NCBI GenBank assembly: GCA_963847705.1
Contig: CAWKBC010000035.1
Coordinates: 32,001-96,000 of the forward strand
Source: an uncultured Pseudomonadota bacterium
Lineage (GTDB): Bacteria; Myxococcota_A; Polyangia; Fen-1088
Direction of reading: 5' to 3'
Length of the DNA: 64,000 bases
Position 1 is the stretch's first letter; the number at the start of each line of letters is the position of its first letter. The notes below the pieces were generated by a model, which ran no database searches, was not told the origin of the DNA, and worked only from the letters and a program-made list of their open reading frames with translations. Both the position numbers and the translations under genes were made by a program. Shown here piece after piece: positions 1 to 8,972 of this stretch.

Positions 1-68
1 GCCGGCCGAGGTGCGACTTCGTGGTTTTCCCCCGAGGCCTTTGATACGTTCGAACCGGGTTTGGGCGC

Positions 69-872
69 ATGGATCAGGTGGGAACTTCGGCGAACGCCAG
101 GTCCGGGGCGACGATCGCGCTCATGTACCACGCGCTCTGGGCCGTGGCCGAAGACAGGGCAGGGGCCGATCCGCACTATGCCGTGGCGATGCCGCGCTTC
201 GCCGAGCAGCTCGCCCTCTGCCAGCGGATCGGCGGCGGCGCGGTCAGCGCGCGTGACTGGTTGAGCGGGCGGACGGGGATAATCCTGACCTTCGACGACG
301 GGCACCTGAGCAACCACCGGCTGGGGTTCCCCGCCCTGCGGGCGGCGGGCGCGGGCGCCGATTTCTTCGTGAACCCGGCGCAGGTCGGGACGAGCGGGTT
401 CGCCAGCTGGCCCGAGCTGCGCGAGATGGCCGAGGCGGGAATGTCGATCCAGTCGCACGGTCTCGATCACCGGAGCTATTTGACCACGCTCTCGCCGGCA
501 CGCTTGCGCGAAGACCTCCGCCGCGCGCGGCTGGAGATCGAAGAGAAGGTCGGACAGCCGGTGACGCTGCTGGCCCCCCCGGGCGGCCGCGTCCCGCAGG
601 ACCTCGAGCAGGTCGCCCAGGAGGTCGGCTACACCCACGTCTTCGGGTCGAACCCCGGAACGATCAGCCGCGATGGGCGCCACACCCACGGCCGTTTTCC
701 CGTGACCGCCGGGCTCGATCAACGCGCCTTCGAATCGCTGCTGCGCGGGGGACGCGCCCGCCTTCGCGCGCAGCTCCGCCATGCGGTGCTGGCGCTGGCC
801 AAACGGGCCCTCGGCGACGACAGGTACGAGCGCACGCGCGCGCGCTTCACCGGGACGACCGTCGAACACTGA
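69..872 (+). CDS. Polysaccharide deacetylase (NodB/CE4 family)
   Basis: LMYH, LTFDDG, SHGLDH and PGG motifs; first gene of a GT operon. Confidence 0.85.
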   Translation: MDQVGTSANARSGATIALMYHALWAVAEDRAGADPHYAVAMPRFAEQLALCQRIGGGAVSARDWLSGRTGIILTFDDGHLSNHRLGFPALRAAGAGADFFVNPAQVGTSGFASWPELREMAEAGMSIQSHGLDHRSYLTTLSPARLREDLRRARLEIEEKVGQPVTLLAPPGGRVPQDLEQVAQEVGYTHVFGSNPGTISRDGRHTHGRFPVTAGLDQRAFESLLRGGRARLRAQLRHAVLALAKRALGDDRYERTRARFTGTTVEH

Positions 873-874
873 TC

Positions 875-2095
875 TTGCGCCCCCCGCGGCTTCTCTACGT
901 CGTCTCGCTGTTTCCCTGCTGGTCGGAGACCTTCATCGTGCGTGAGATCGCCGCGCTGCTCGCCGCCGGCGCCGATGTCCGCATCCTTTCGCTGAAGCGG
1001 CCCTCCGAAGAACTGGTGCACCCGGAGGCCGAGCGGCTCCTGCCGCGCGTGCGACATCCCTTGCCGCCGGGGCCGGCCGCGCGGCGACGTGCCGCTGCCC
1101 TCTTGGCGCATCCGCGCGCGCTTGCGTCGCTGGCGCTGGCGCTGGGCCGGTCGCTGGCAAGGCGCCCGCTCGAGCTGGCGAAGTCACTCGAGGCCGTGGC
1201 CCGCGCCGTGGAGCAGCTCGACTGGGTGAGGGGGTTCGATCCCGACCTCATCCACGCCCACTGGGCCAGCTATCCGTCGACGGCGGCGCTGGCGCTGGGG
1301 CGTCTGGTCGGCAAGCCGTTCGGCTTCACCTGTCACGCCCACGACATCTTCGTGCACGATCACCTGTTGCGCGAGAAGCTCGAGTCGGCGGCGGTGCCCG
1401 TCACCGTCTCTCGCTACAACGTCGACTGGCTGGCCGCCCAGGTGACCGCGCGGGCGCGCGATCGGTTGACCGTCATTCATTGCGGCGTCGACCTGCCGAG
1501 CCTCCCGTTTCAAGCTGACGGACGGGAGGAGGCTCTGATCGTCACGGTGGGGCGGCTGGATCCGATCAAGGGATTCGGCGTCCTCATCGAGGCCCTGGCC
1601 GAGCTCAGACGGCAGGGGCGGCGCTTCCGCTGCCAGGTCATCGGCGAGGGGCCGCTTCGCGGCGAGCTGCAGGCCCACATCGATGGCCATGGGCTCTCCG
1701 GGCTGGTGGAGCTGGTCGGCGCCCGCCCCCAGGCAGAGGTGCGCGCGGCGCTGGGGGCGGCGACGATCTTCGCGCTCCCCAGCGTGATCGCCCCGAGCGG
1801 CGACCGGGACGGCATCCCGGTCTCGTTGATGGAGGCGATGGCGGCCGGCGCTCCGGTGGTGAGCACCCGCGTCTCGGGCATCCCGGAGCTGATCGAAGAC
1901 GAACGTGAAGGGCTGCTGGTCTCTCCGCGGGATTGGCGGGCGCTGGCCGGGGCGCTGGCGCGATTGCTCGACGACGGCGTGCTTCGTCGACGGCTGGCGG
2001 TCGGTGCGCGCGCCAAGGTCGAACGGGAGTTCGACGCCGCGCGCGAAGCGAACAAGCTGTTAGAGTTGTTCGCTCATGCTCGCGCCCGCGCCTGA
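875..2095 (+). CDS. GT4 glycosyltransferase (WcaL-like)
   Basis: SETFIVREI N-terminus, VGRLDPIKG, DGIPVSLMEAMA; TTG start. Confidence 0.88.
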   Translation: MRPPRLLYVVSLFPCWSETFIVREIAALLAAGADVRILSLKRPSEELVHPEAERLLPRVRHPLPPGPAARRRAAALLAHPRALASLALALGRSLARRPLELAKSLEAVARAVEQLDWVRGFDPDLIHAHWASYPSTAALALGRLVGKPFGFTCHAHDIFVHDHLLREKLESAAVPVTVSRYNVDWLAAQVTARARDRLTVIHCGVDLPSLPFQADGREEALIVTVGRLDPIKGFGVLIEALAELRRQGRRFRCQVIGEGPLRGELQAHIDGHGLSGLVELVGARPQAEVRAALGAATIFALPSVIAPSGDRDGIPVSLMEAMAAGAPVVSTRVSGIPELIEDEREGLLVSPRDWRALAGALARLLDDGVLRRRLAVGARAKVEREFDAAREANKLLELFAHARARA

Positions 2096-3347
2096 TTCGA
2101 CCGTCGGTCCAAGCGCGATCGGGGCCGTGCAGGAGCACAGGGTGCGGTCGCTGCGCGTGCTGATGGTCCTGGAGAGCGATTTCACCCCGCGGGGAGGCGG
2201 CGGCGCGGAGTCGCAGGTCCGGACGCTGGCGCTTCACCTGCTGCGGCTCGGGCACCGAGCGACCGTCGTGACGCCGCTCCTGGCCCGTGGTCGGCAGCTC
2301 ACCGCCGAGCGCCGTGATCGCATCCCGGTCGGTCGCATCCGTTACCCGCGCCTGCCGACGATCGGCGCGGCGGTGATGTGTCTCCGCTTCGGGGCGTTTC
2401 TGCTCGGTCACGGCCGGCGCTACGACGCCTGGCATGTTCACATCGGGCATCACCTGGGCGCCGTCACCTGCTTCGTCGGTGCGCTCGTCGGCAAACCGGT
2501 GGTGGTGAAGATCTCGGGCTCCTGGGAGCTCGAAGAAGGGGTCATGGCTCCCGGTGGCCACAAGCTCTTCGACCGTCTGGCGCTCCGCTGGTTGAAACGC
2601 GCCAGCGCCGTGCAGGCGCTCAGCACGCGCATGGCGGCCGAGCTGACCCGGCGAGGGTTCCCCGTCGAGCGCATCCTGGTGCTACCGAATGCCGTCGACA
2701 CCGCGCGCTTCCCGCCCCGGTCAGCCCCGCGCGCGCCTGGCGCGCCGTTCACCGCGGTGTTCGTGGGCCGGCTGGTCCCCGACAAGGATCTGGCCACGCT
2801 GCTCGAGGCCTGGGCGCAAGCGTTCCCGCCGGGGCAAGCGGTCGACGCCCGGCTGCGGCTCGTGGGTGGCGGACCGCTGGAGGGGCGGCTGCGGGCGCAG
2901 GCGGAGCGGCTGGGGCTGGCGCGGCAGGTCGAATTCCTGGGCCACCGCGATCGGGTCGAGGAGGTGCTGGCCGACGCCGACGTCGGCGTGCTGCCCTCGC
3001 GCATCGAGGGCCTTTCGAACACCCTGCTCGAGTTCATGGCCAGCGGGCTCCCCCCGCTGGCCAGCCGGGTGAGCGGGAGCGAAGACTTCGTGGTCCCCGG
3101 GCGCAACGGCTGGCTCTTCGAGGTCTCGGACGTCTCGGCGCTGGCCGAGGCGCTTCGTGAGGCGAAGGCCCTCCCGCCCGAGAGCCTGGCCGTGATGGGG
3201 CGTCAGGCCCGGGCCGACGTGGAGGTGACCGCGTCGCTCGACATCGTGGCGGCGAGGCTGCAGGCGCTCTATGCGGGCGTGCCCCCGCGCGAGCTGTGGC
3301 CGGGGCTGGCGCCCGGTCCCGCTCCCCCTCTCGCGAGAGGTGCCTAG
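2076..3347 (+). CDS. GT4 glycosyltransferase
   Basis: GGAE, FVGRLVPDK, EGLSNTLLEFMA; exact start uncertain. Confidence 0.88.
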   Translation: MLAPAPDSTVGPSAIGAVQEHRVRSLRVLMVLESDFTPRGGGGAESQVRTLALHLLRLGHRATVVTPLLARGRQLTAERRDRIPVGRIRYPRLPTIGAAVMCLRFGAFLLGHGRRYDAWHVHIGHHLGAVTCFVGALVGKPVVVKISGSWELEEGVMAPGGHKLFDRLALRWLKRASAVQALSTRMAAELTRRGFPVERILVLPNAVDTARFPPRSAPRAPGAPFTAVFVGRLVPDKDLATLLEAWAQAFPPGQAVDARLRLVGGGPLEGRLRAQAERLGLARQVEFLGHRDRVEEVLADADVGVLPSRIEGLSNTLLEFMASGLPPLASRVSGSEDFVVPGRNGWLFEVSDVSALAEALREAKALPPESLAVMGRQARADVEVTASLDIVAARLQALYAGVPPRELWPGLAPGPAPPLARGA

Positions 3348-3350
3348 CTC

Positions 3351-5249
3351 ATGTGTGGGATCGCCGGCATCGTCGCCAATCCGGGGGGCGGGCTCCCGGA
3401 CCAGACAATCGGACAGGCGATGACCGACGCCATCACCCACCGCGGCCCCGACGACGACGGGATCTACCGCGACGACCAGGCGATGCTGGGCGTGCGCCGT
3501 CTGTCGATCATCGATCTGCTCGGCGGCCACCAGCCGGCGCACAACGAGGACGGCTCCGTGCAGGCGGTCTGCAACGGCGAGATCTACAACTACCGCGAGC
3601 TGCGCGGCGAGCTCGAGGCGCAGGGACACCGCTTCCACACCCGCTCCGACACCGAGGTGATCGTCCATGCCTATGAAGAATGGGGCGACGATGCCTTCGC
3701 GCACCTGGAAGGCATGTTCGGAATCGCGCTGTGGGACAGGCGCGCGCGCGCGCTGGTCCTGGCCCGCGACCGCTTCGGCGAAAAGCCCCTCTTCTACAGT
3801 CTGCAGCCTGGAGAGACGGGAGACAGGGGAGGTCGGCTGCTCTTCGCCAGCGAGCTCAAGTCGCTGCTGGTGGTCCCTGGGTTCAAGCGCGAGATCGACC
3901 CCGCGGCGGTTCGTTCCTACCTCTGTTTCGGCTACGTCCCCATGCCGGGCAGCATCTTCCGAGACGTCCACAAGCTGCCGCCGGGTCATTCGCTCCGTTT
4001 CGTCGACGGGCGGCTCGAGCTGCGGCGCTACTACCACCTCGAGCTCGAGCCCAAGCACGCGCTCGACGAACACGAGGCCGAGGAACAGCTGGCCACCCTG
4101 CTCGACCAGGCGGTGAAGAGCCGCCTGGTCTCGGACGTTCCGTTCGGCGCCTTCTTGAGCGGCGGGCTCGACTCGAGCGTGGTGGTTGCGCTCATGGCGC
4201 GTCACCTCCAGGCGCCGGTGCAGACGTTCTCCCTCGGTTTCCGCGAGTCCCACTACAATGAGCTGTCCGATGCGCGTCGCGTGGCGAGTCACCTCGAGAC
4301 CGAGCACCACGAGCTGATCGTCAAACCCAACGCGGTCGAGCTCCTCGAGCAGCTGGTCTGGTATCTCGACGAGCCTTTCGCCGATTCGTCGGCGGTGCCG
4401 ACCTACCTGGCGGCCAAGCTCGCGCGCCAGCACGTCAAGATGGTGCTCACCGGCGACGGAGGCGATGAGGCGTTCGCCGGCTACGGCCGCTACCTCCGTT
4501 TCTTGGCGCTGGAGCGGGCGGGGTCCCTCCGGCCGGCGGCCGCCGCTGCGGTGAGGTTCGCGGGGCGATGCGTTCCCGGATCGCGGGGCTATCGCCTGCA
4601 GCGCATCGCGGAGCGCCTCCGGCTGGAGTTCCCCGAGAGCTACCTCTCGGGCGTGGCGCTGACCCGCGCCGACGTCGCCGATCACATCTTGGGCGACGCC
4701 GTCCGCGCCGACGGCGGGGGGCACTACGGCGGGCTCGCCGAGGTGGCCAGGGCGTTCTCCTCTCTTCACCCTCTCGATCGCTGCGTCTCGATCGACTTTG
4801 CCAGCTATCTGCCGGACGACATCCTGGTGAAGTTGGATCGCATGACGATGGCGAACTCGCTCGAAGGACGTGCGCCGTTCCTGAGCCATCACCTGGTGGA
4901 GTTCGCGGTCCGACTCCCCGATACGCTGCGCGTCCGCGACGGACGAGGCAAACATCTGCTCCGCCGCACGGCGGCCCGGTGGCTTCCGCCCGAGGTGCTG
5001 AACAAACCCAAGCAGGGTTTCGCGATCCCGCTCGGACAGTGGTTTCGAGGCCCCTTGGCCGCGCTGGCGGGGGACCTCTTTGCCAGTCGGGCGTTTCGCG
5101 ATCGCGGCCTGCTGCAGCCGGAGGCGGCGCGCCGCTATCTCGACGGTCACCTGCGCGGCGACGCCGATCATGGCGAGCTGCTCTGGTCGATGGTCTCGCT
5201 CGAGCTCTGGGCGCGGCGCTATCTCGACGCCGGGTCGAGTCCGACATAA
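3351..5249 (+). CDS. asnB: Asparagine synthase (glutamine-hydrolysing), EPS-associated amidotransferase
   Basis: MCGIAG N-terminal Cys, HRGPD, NGEIYN, LSGGLDSS, GDGGDE, KQGF. Confidence 0.93.
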   Translation: MCGIAGIVANPGGGLPDQTIGQAMTDAITHRGPDDDGIYRDDQAMLGVRRLSIIDLLGGHQPAHNEDGSVQAVCNGEIYNYRELRGELEAQGHRFHTRSDTEVIVHAYEEWGDDAFAHLEGMFGIALWDRRARALVLARDRFGEKPLFYSLQPGETGDRGGRLLFASELKSLLVVPGFKREIDPAAVRSYLCFGYVPMPGSIFRDVHKLPPGHSLRFVDGRLELRRYYHLELEPKHALDEHEAEEQLATLLDQAVKSRLVSDVPFGAFLSGGLDSSVVVALMARHLQAPVQTFSLGFRESHYNELSDARRVASHLETEHHELIVKPNAVELLEQLVWYLDEPFADSSAVPTYLAAKLARQHVKMVLTGDGGDEAFAGYGRYLRFLALERAGSLRPAAAAAVRFAGRCVPGSRGYRLQRIAERLRLEFPESYLSGVALTRADVADHILGDAVRADGGGHYGGLAEVARAFSSLHPLDRCVSIDFASYLPDDILVKLDRMTMANSLEGRAPFLSHHLVEFAVRLPDTLRVRDGRGKHLLRRTAARWLPPEVLNKPKQGFAIPLGQWFRGPLAALAGDLFASRAFRDRGLLQPEAARRYLDGHLRGDADHGELLWSMVSLELWARRYLDAGSSPT

Positions 5250-5269
5250 CATCGGTCGCGAGGAGATCG

Positions 5270-5545
5270 ATGGGGATCGACGGAAAATCACTGTCAGAGA
5301 AGGTCACGCGCCTGGTGTTGGAGTACGCACAGACGCCCCCGCCCGAGGCGTCAGCGGGTGCGCCGCTCGATGGAAAGCTGACCTTGCGCGGAGATCTCGC
5401 CGTCGACTCGCTGGCCCTCGTCTCGCTGACGATTCGGCTGGGAGAGGAGCTGGGGGTCGACGTCGTCGAGAGTGGTCTCGATTTCAGTCAACTGGAGACG
5501 ATGGGAGATCTCTTGGCCGTCGCCGAGAAACTCAATCGCCATTGA
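5270..5545 (+). CDS. Acyl/peptidyl carrier protein (91 aa)
   Basis: AGGAG RBS at 5261, ATG 5270; DLAVDSL phosphopantetheine-site motif; acidic helical C-terminus ETMGDL. Confidence 0.85.
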   Translation: MGIDGKSLSEKVTRLVLEYAQTPPPEASAGAPLDGKLTLRGDLAVDSLALVSLTIRLGEELGVDVVESGLDFSQLETMGDLLAVAEKLNRH

Positions 5546-5657
5546 CCGTTTGCGCGTCCTGACCGCCCTCTCCCCCGTCGCACTCAACCTGCCGTAATTG
5601 CTGTTTAATGTCCGGACGTCGGACCCGGAAACCTGGCGTGGCCGTGAAAATCTCCGA

Positions 5658-5687
5658 TTGACCGGGGAGGCCAAAGAATGGTACGAG
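5658..5687 (+). promoter_or_regulatory. Putative sigma70-type promoter of peptide gene 1
   Basis: TTGACC followed 17-18 nt later by a weak TG-GTACGA -10 element in an AT-richer intergenic gap. Confidence 0.3.
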
Positions 5688-5745
5688 TATGTGCTGGCAG
5701 GTGGTTGTTCAGAGGTCAGCAAACTCGAAGGGGACCAGAGAAATC

Positions 5746-5907
5746 ATGGACGCGAACAAAGACACGGTGACCGAGGGCAGCGAGAAGATCGGCCGGAACT
5801 CTGATGTGGCACCAGTCGCGGGAAACGCCGCCGACGAGGGTGAGTTCAAGATCGAGATCCGAAAGCTGGAAGTCCCGGTCCGCCCGCGCGGCGTCCTGGC
5901 TGAATAG
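5746..5907 (+). CDS. Putative RiPP-type precursor peptide 1 (53 aa, MDANK...EFKIEIRKLEVPVRPRGVLAE)
   Basis: Purine-rich RBS-like region before the ATG; last 21 aa identical to 10640-10795 with only synonymous DNA differences. Confidence 0.8.
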   Translation: MDANKDTVTEGSEKIGRNSDVAPVAGNAADEGEFKIEIRKLEVPVRPRGVLAE

Positions 5908-5919
5908 GCTCGCCTCAGC

Positions 5920-5949
5920 GCCGCGCCGGCGCAAGGGCGCGGCAAAAAA
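5920..5949. terminator. Stem-loop after peptide gene 1 (mRNA-stabilising hairpin or minus-strand terminator)
   Basis: GCCGCGCC-N8-GGCGCGGC followed by A6. Confidence 0.5.
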
Positions 5950-5964
5950 TCGAATGAGGGTTGG

Positions 5965-7905
5965 ATGACCGCGACGAACCTCGCGAAGGCGCCGGTTTAC
6001 TTTGGGACACCCGAGCGGCCTCTGTTCGGGTTCTACCACCCTCCCGCTGGCTCCCGGGTGCGCGGGACGGCGGTGTTGCTCTGCAATCCGCTGGGAGATG
6101 ATCTGATCCGCGCGCATCGTCCCTTCCGGCACCTGGCCGAGGATCTGTCTGCCGCGGGATTCCCCGTCCTTCGGTTCGACTTCGACGGGACGGGAGACTC
6201 GTCGGGAGACGAGCGGGATCCGAATCGCGTGGCCACCTGGCGCGCCGACGTCGGCCGCGCCGCGGCCGACTTGCGCGCGCGCAGCGGCGTGGAGCCGCTG
6301 GCCCTGGTCGGTCTCAGACTGGGGGGAACGTTTGCTGCGTTGGGCGCGGCGGATCTGGGCGGCGTCGACGCGCTCGTTCTGTGGGGCGCTTACGACAACG
6401 GCGGCGCGTTCGTTTCGGAGGCCACGAAAGCTCACAAGATGCACGTGATGCTGCAGCCGACCAGCTTCTCCGGTGGACCGCCGGCCAGCGACGGGCAAGA
6501 GGCGCTCGGCTTCCTGCTGGCGACGCAGACGATCGCCGATCTCGAGGCGATCGATCTCCTGTCGCTGCCCCGCTCGCCCGCCAGACGGACGCTGGTCCTC
6601 GACACCGCGAACGTCGAAACCGACAGCCCGCTGGTGGCGAAGCTGCGGGAGCTGGGTGGGGCGGTCACCCACCGTCACATCCCGGGCAACAAGTTCTTGA
6701 TCATCTCACCCCACCAGTCGGAGGTCCCCACGGCGGCCCTTTCGGCGATCACGGGTTGGCTTTCCGAGGAGTGCCCGTTCGCCGACCGCAGCTCGGCGAC
6801 CAGCGCGATGGCCGGTTCGGCGACCAGCGCGATGGCCGGTTCGGCGACCAGCGCCATGGCCGGTTCGGCGACCAGCGCCATGCCCGGCGTGGCGACCAGC
6901 GCGAGGCCCGGCCAGGCGTCCAACGACGCGAAGACGCCCCCGGCATGGGACGCGGCCCGCACGGTGAACAACCTGCGCGAGCGCCCCGTGTTCTTCGGGG
7001 GGCCTCGAAAACTGTTCGGGATCCTCACGGTGCCGCCGTCGAGCACCGCCCGACCCGATCTTCCGGCCATCATCCTGCTCAACGCCGGCACCGTTCATCG
7101 GGTGGGCTCGCACCGGCTCTACGTGCCGATGGCGCGCAAGTGGGCGGCGCTCGGGTTCCACGTGCTCCGCGTCGATCTCTCGGGGATTGGCGACAGCCCG
7201 GTTCCCGAGGGTCACCCCGAGAACCTCACCTACCCGCGCGAGGGCCTCGAGGACGCACGCGCCGCGATGGACTTCCTCGAGGACACCACGACGAGCGGGA
7301 AGTTCGTCGTCGCCGGTCTCTGTTCGGGCGGCGACATCGCCTTCCAGCTGGGGTTCAAGGAGCCGCGCGTGGCGAGCGCCATCATGATGAACCCGCGCAC
7401 TTTCTTGGTGAACGACCTGAGCATGGTCGATTCGTACGAACGGGCGCGCTGGTCCCAGCAGGCCGTGGCCCACAGCGACTCCTGGAAGGATCTTCTGAGC
7501 GGTGACGTGAACCTCACCCGCGCGTTCAAGCTGGCTGCACCGAAGGTGAAGGACCTGGTCGTGAGGCGTGCGAAACGAGCCATCACGGACCTCATGGGCG
7601 CCGTGCTCCCCAACGCGCCGGCCACCGAACAGCGTCGGGAGACCGACGTTCCCTACTGCCTCCGGTCGATGGCCGAACGCGGGGTCGACACCTACCTGTT
7701 CGTCACCGAGCACGACCCCGGCGTCGACTACGTCGATGCGAACTACGGACCGGCCATGAGCGCGCTCGCGTCGATCCCCAACTTCCGTCGAACCGACGTC
7801 AAGGGGACCGACCACACCTTCACCGCGCGCTGGGCACAGGAGCAGGTCAGCGCGATGATCACCGAGCACCTGACGCGACGATTCTTGGCGGCCCGGGCCG
7901 CGTAA
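5965..7905 (+). CDS. Fused tandem alpha/beta-hydrolase (Hydrolase_4-like), probable acyltransferase
   Basis: Two domains, each with a (F/V)D..G.GDS motif; nucleophile elbows GLRLGG and GLCSGG; C-terminal DHTF. Confidence 0.8.
   Translation: MTATNLAKAPVYFGTPERPLFGFYHPPAGSRVRGTAVLLCNPLGDDLIRAHRPFRHLAEDLSAAGFPVLRFDFDGTGDSSGDERDPNRVATWRADVGRAAADLRARSGVEPLALVGLRLGGTFAALGAADLGGVDALVLWGAYDNGGAFVSEATKAHKMHVMLQPTSFSGGPPASDGQEALGFLLATQTIADLEAIDLLSLPRSPARRTLVLDTANVETDSPLVAKLRELGGAVTHRHIPGNKFLIISPHQSEVPTAALSAITGWLSEECPFADRSSATSAMAGSATSAMAGSATSAMAGSATSAMPGVATSARPGQASNDAKTPPAWDAARTVNNLRERPVFFGGPRKLFGILTVPPSSTARPDLPAIILLNAGTVHRVGSHRLYVPMARKWAALGFHVLRVDLSGIGDSPVPEGHPENLTYPREGLEDARAAMDFLEDTTTSGKFVVAGLCSGGDIAFQLGFKEPRVASAIMMNPRTFLVNDLSMVDSYERARWSQQAVAHSDSWKDLLSGDVNLTRAFKLAAPKVKDLVVRRAKRAITDLMGAVLPNAPATEQRRETDVPYCLRSMAERGVDTYLFVTEHDPGVDYVDANYGPAMSALASIPNFRRTDVKGTDHTFTARWAQEQVSAMITEHLTRRFLAARAA
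6793..6903 (+). repeat. Coding 24-bp tandem repeat (SATSAMAG, about 4.5 copies) in the inter-domain linker
   Basis: TCGGCGACCAGCGC(G/C)ATGGCCGGT repeated. Confidence 0.9.
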
Positions 7906-8909
7906 TGGCCTTCAAGGCGCAAGCTGCGCTCGTCAAGGCGGGACCCCTCGAGCCGTTCGAATACGAGCCGCAGGAGCTGGGCGCGACGGACGTCGAGATC
8001 GAGATCTCGCACTGCGGCCTCTGCCACAGCGACATCCACCTGATCGACGACGGCTGGGGGCGCAGCAAGTACCCGCTGGTCCCGGGCCACGAGATCGCCG
8101 GGACTGTCGCGGCCGCAGGCTCGGCCGTCACTCACCTCACCGTCGGCCAGCGGGTCGGCGTCGGCTGGCAGCGAAGCGCTTGCCTGGAGTGCGATCTCTG
8201 CCTGGGCGGCGAAGAGAACCTGTGTCGCAAGCAGCAGGCGACCTGCATGGGCCATCACGGCGGCGTGGCCAACCGGATTCGCCTCGACGGCCGGTTCGCC
8301 TTCGCGCTGCCCGAGACGATGGACAGCGCCGTGGCCGCGCCGCTCCTCTGTGGCGGCGTCACCGTCTTCGCGCCGATGCGGCGCTTCGGGATCGGCGCCA
8401 CCAGCAGCGTGGCGGTGATCGGGATCGGCGGCCTCGGGCACATGGCGCTGCTGATGCTGCGCGCGCTCGGCTGCGAAACGACCGCCTTTTCGACCTCCGC
8501 CGCGAAGAAGGACGAAGCGCTGGCGATGGGAGCTGACCACTTTGCCTCCTCGACCGATCCGAGCGACATCCGTAAACACTTCGGCCGCTTCGATCTGGTG
8601 CTGTCGACCGTTCACGCCCGGCTCGACTGGACCACCTATCTCCAGACGCTGAGGGCCAACGGGACGCTCTGCCTGCTGGGGATGCCGCCGGGTGTCATTC
8701 AATTCCCGCCCGCCCTGCTGGTGACCGGCCAGCGCTCGATCACGGGCAGCGACATCGGCAGCCGGAAGGTCATTCGGGAGATGCTCGCCTTCGCGGCGCG
8801 CCACAAGGTGGCCCCGCAGATCGAGCGGATGCCGATGGCCGAGGCCAACGCGGCCTTGACGCGGCTGCGGCAGAACCAGGTGCGGTACCGCGTCGTCCTG
8901 GAGAATTAG
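7905..8909 (+). CDS. Zn-dependent alcohol dehydrogenase / aldehyde reductase (Ahr/CAD-like)
   Basis: CHSD, GHE, CxxCxxC-x7-C, GIGGLG. Confidence 0.92.
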   Translation: MAFKAQAALVKAGPLEPFEYEPQELGATDVEIEISHCGLCHSDIHLIDDGWGRSKYPLVPGHEIAGTVAAAGSAVTHLTVGQRVGVGWQRSACLECDLCLGGEENLCRKQQATCMGHHGGVANRIRLDGRFAFALPETMDSAVAAPLLCGGVTVFAPMRRFGIGATSSVAVIGIGGLGHMALLMLRALGCETTAFSTSAAKKDEALAMGADHFASSTDPSDIRKHFGRFDLVLSTVHARLDWTTYLQTLRANGTLCLLGMPPGVIQFPPALLVTGQRSITGSDIGSRKVIREMLAFAARHKVAPQIERMPMAEANAALTRLRQNQVRYRVVLEN

Positions 8910-8972
8910 ACGTCGGGCGGCCGCCCGGTGGTGGGCGGGGCACGACTCGCGTAGATTCTCGCTTCCGGGAGC

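Noticed and set aside
2721-5291. Long antisense ORFs (e.g. 2721-5291, 7743-10304, 18381-20144, 57606-59663)
   Set aside because: Shadow ORFs opposite well-supported genes, expected in high-GC DNA; no recognisable motifs.
5598-5804. Alternative small ORF overlapping peptide gene 1
   Set aside because: Different frame, no RBS or paralog support; it spans the likely promoter region.
3351-5907. Lasso peptide cluster (AsnB as cyclase)
   Set aside because: AsnB keeps its full glutaminase domain (MCGIAG) and sits in a GT operon; the peptides lack a shared Thr(-2)/Gly1/acidic ring pattern.
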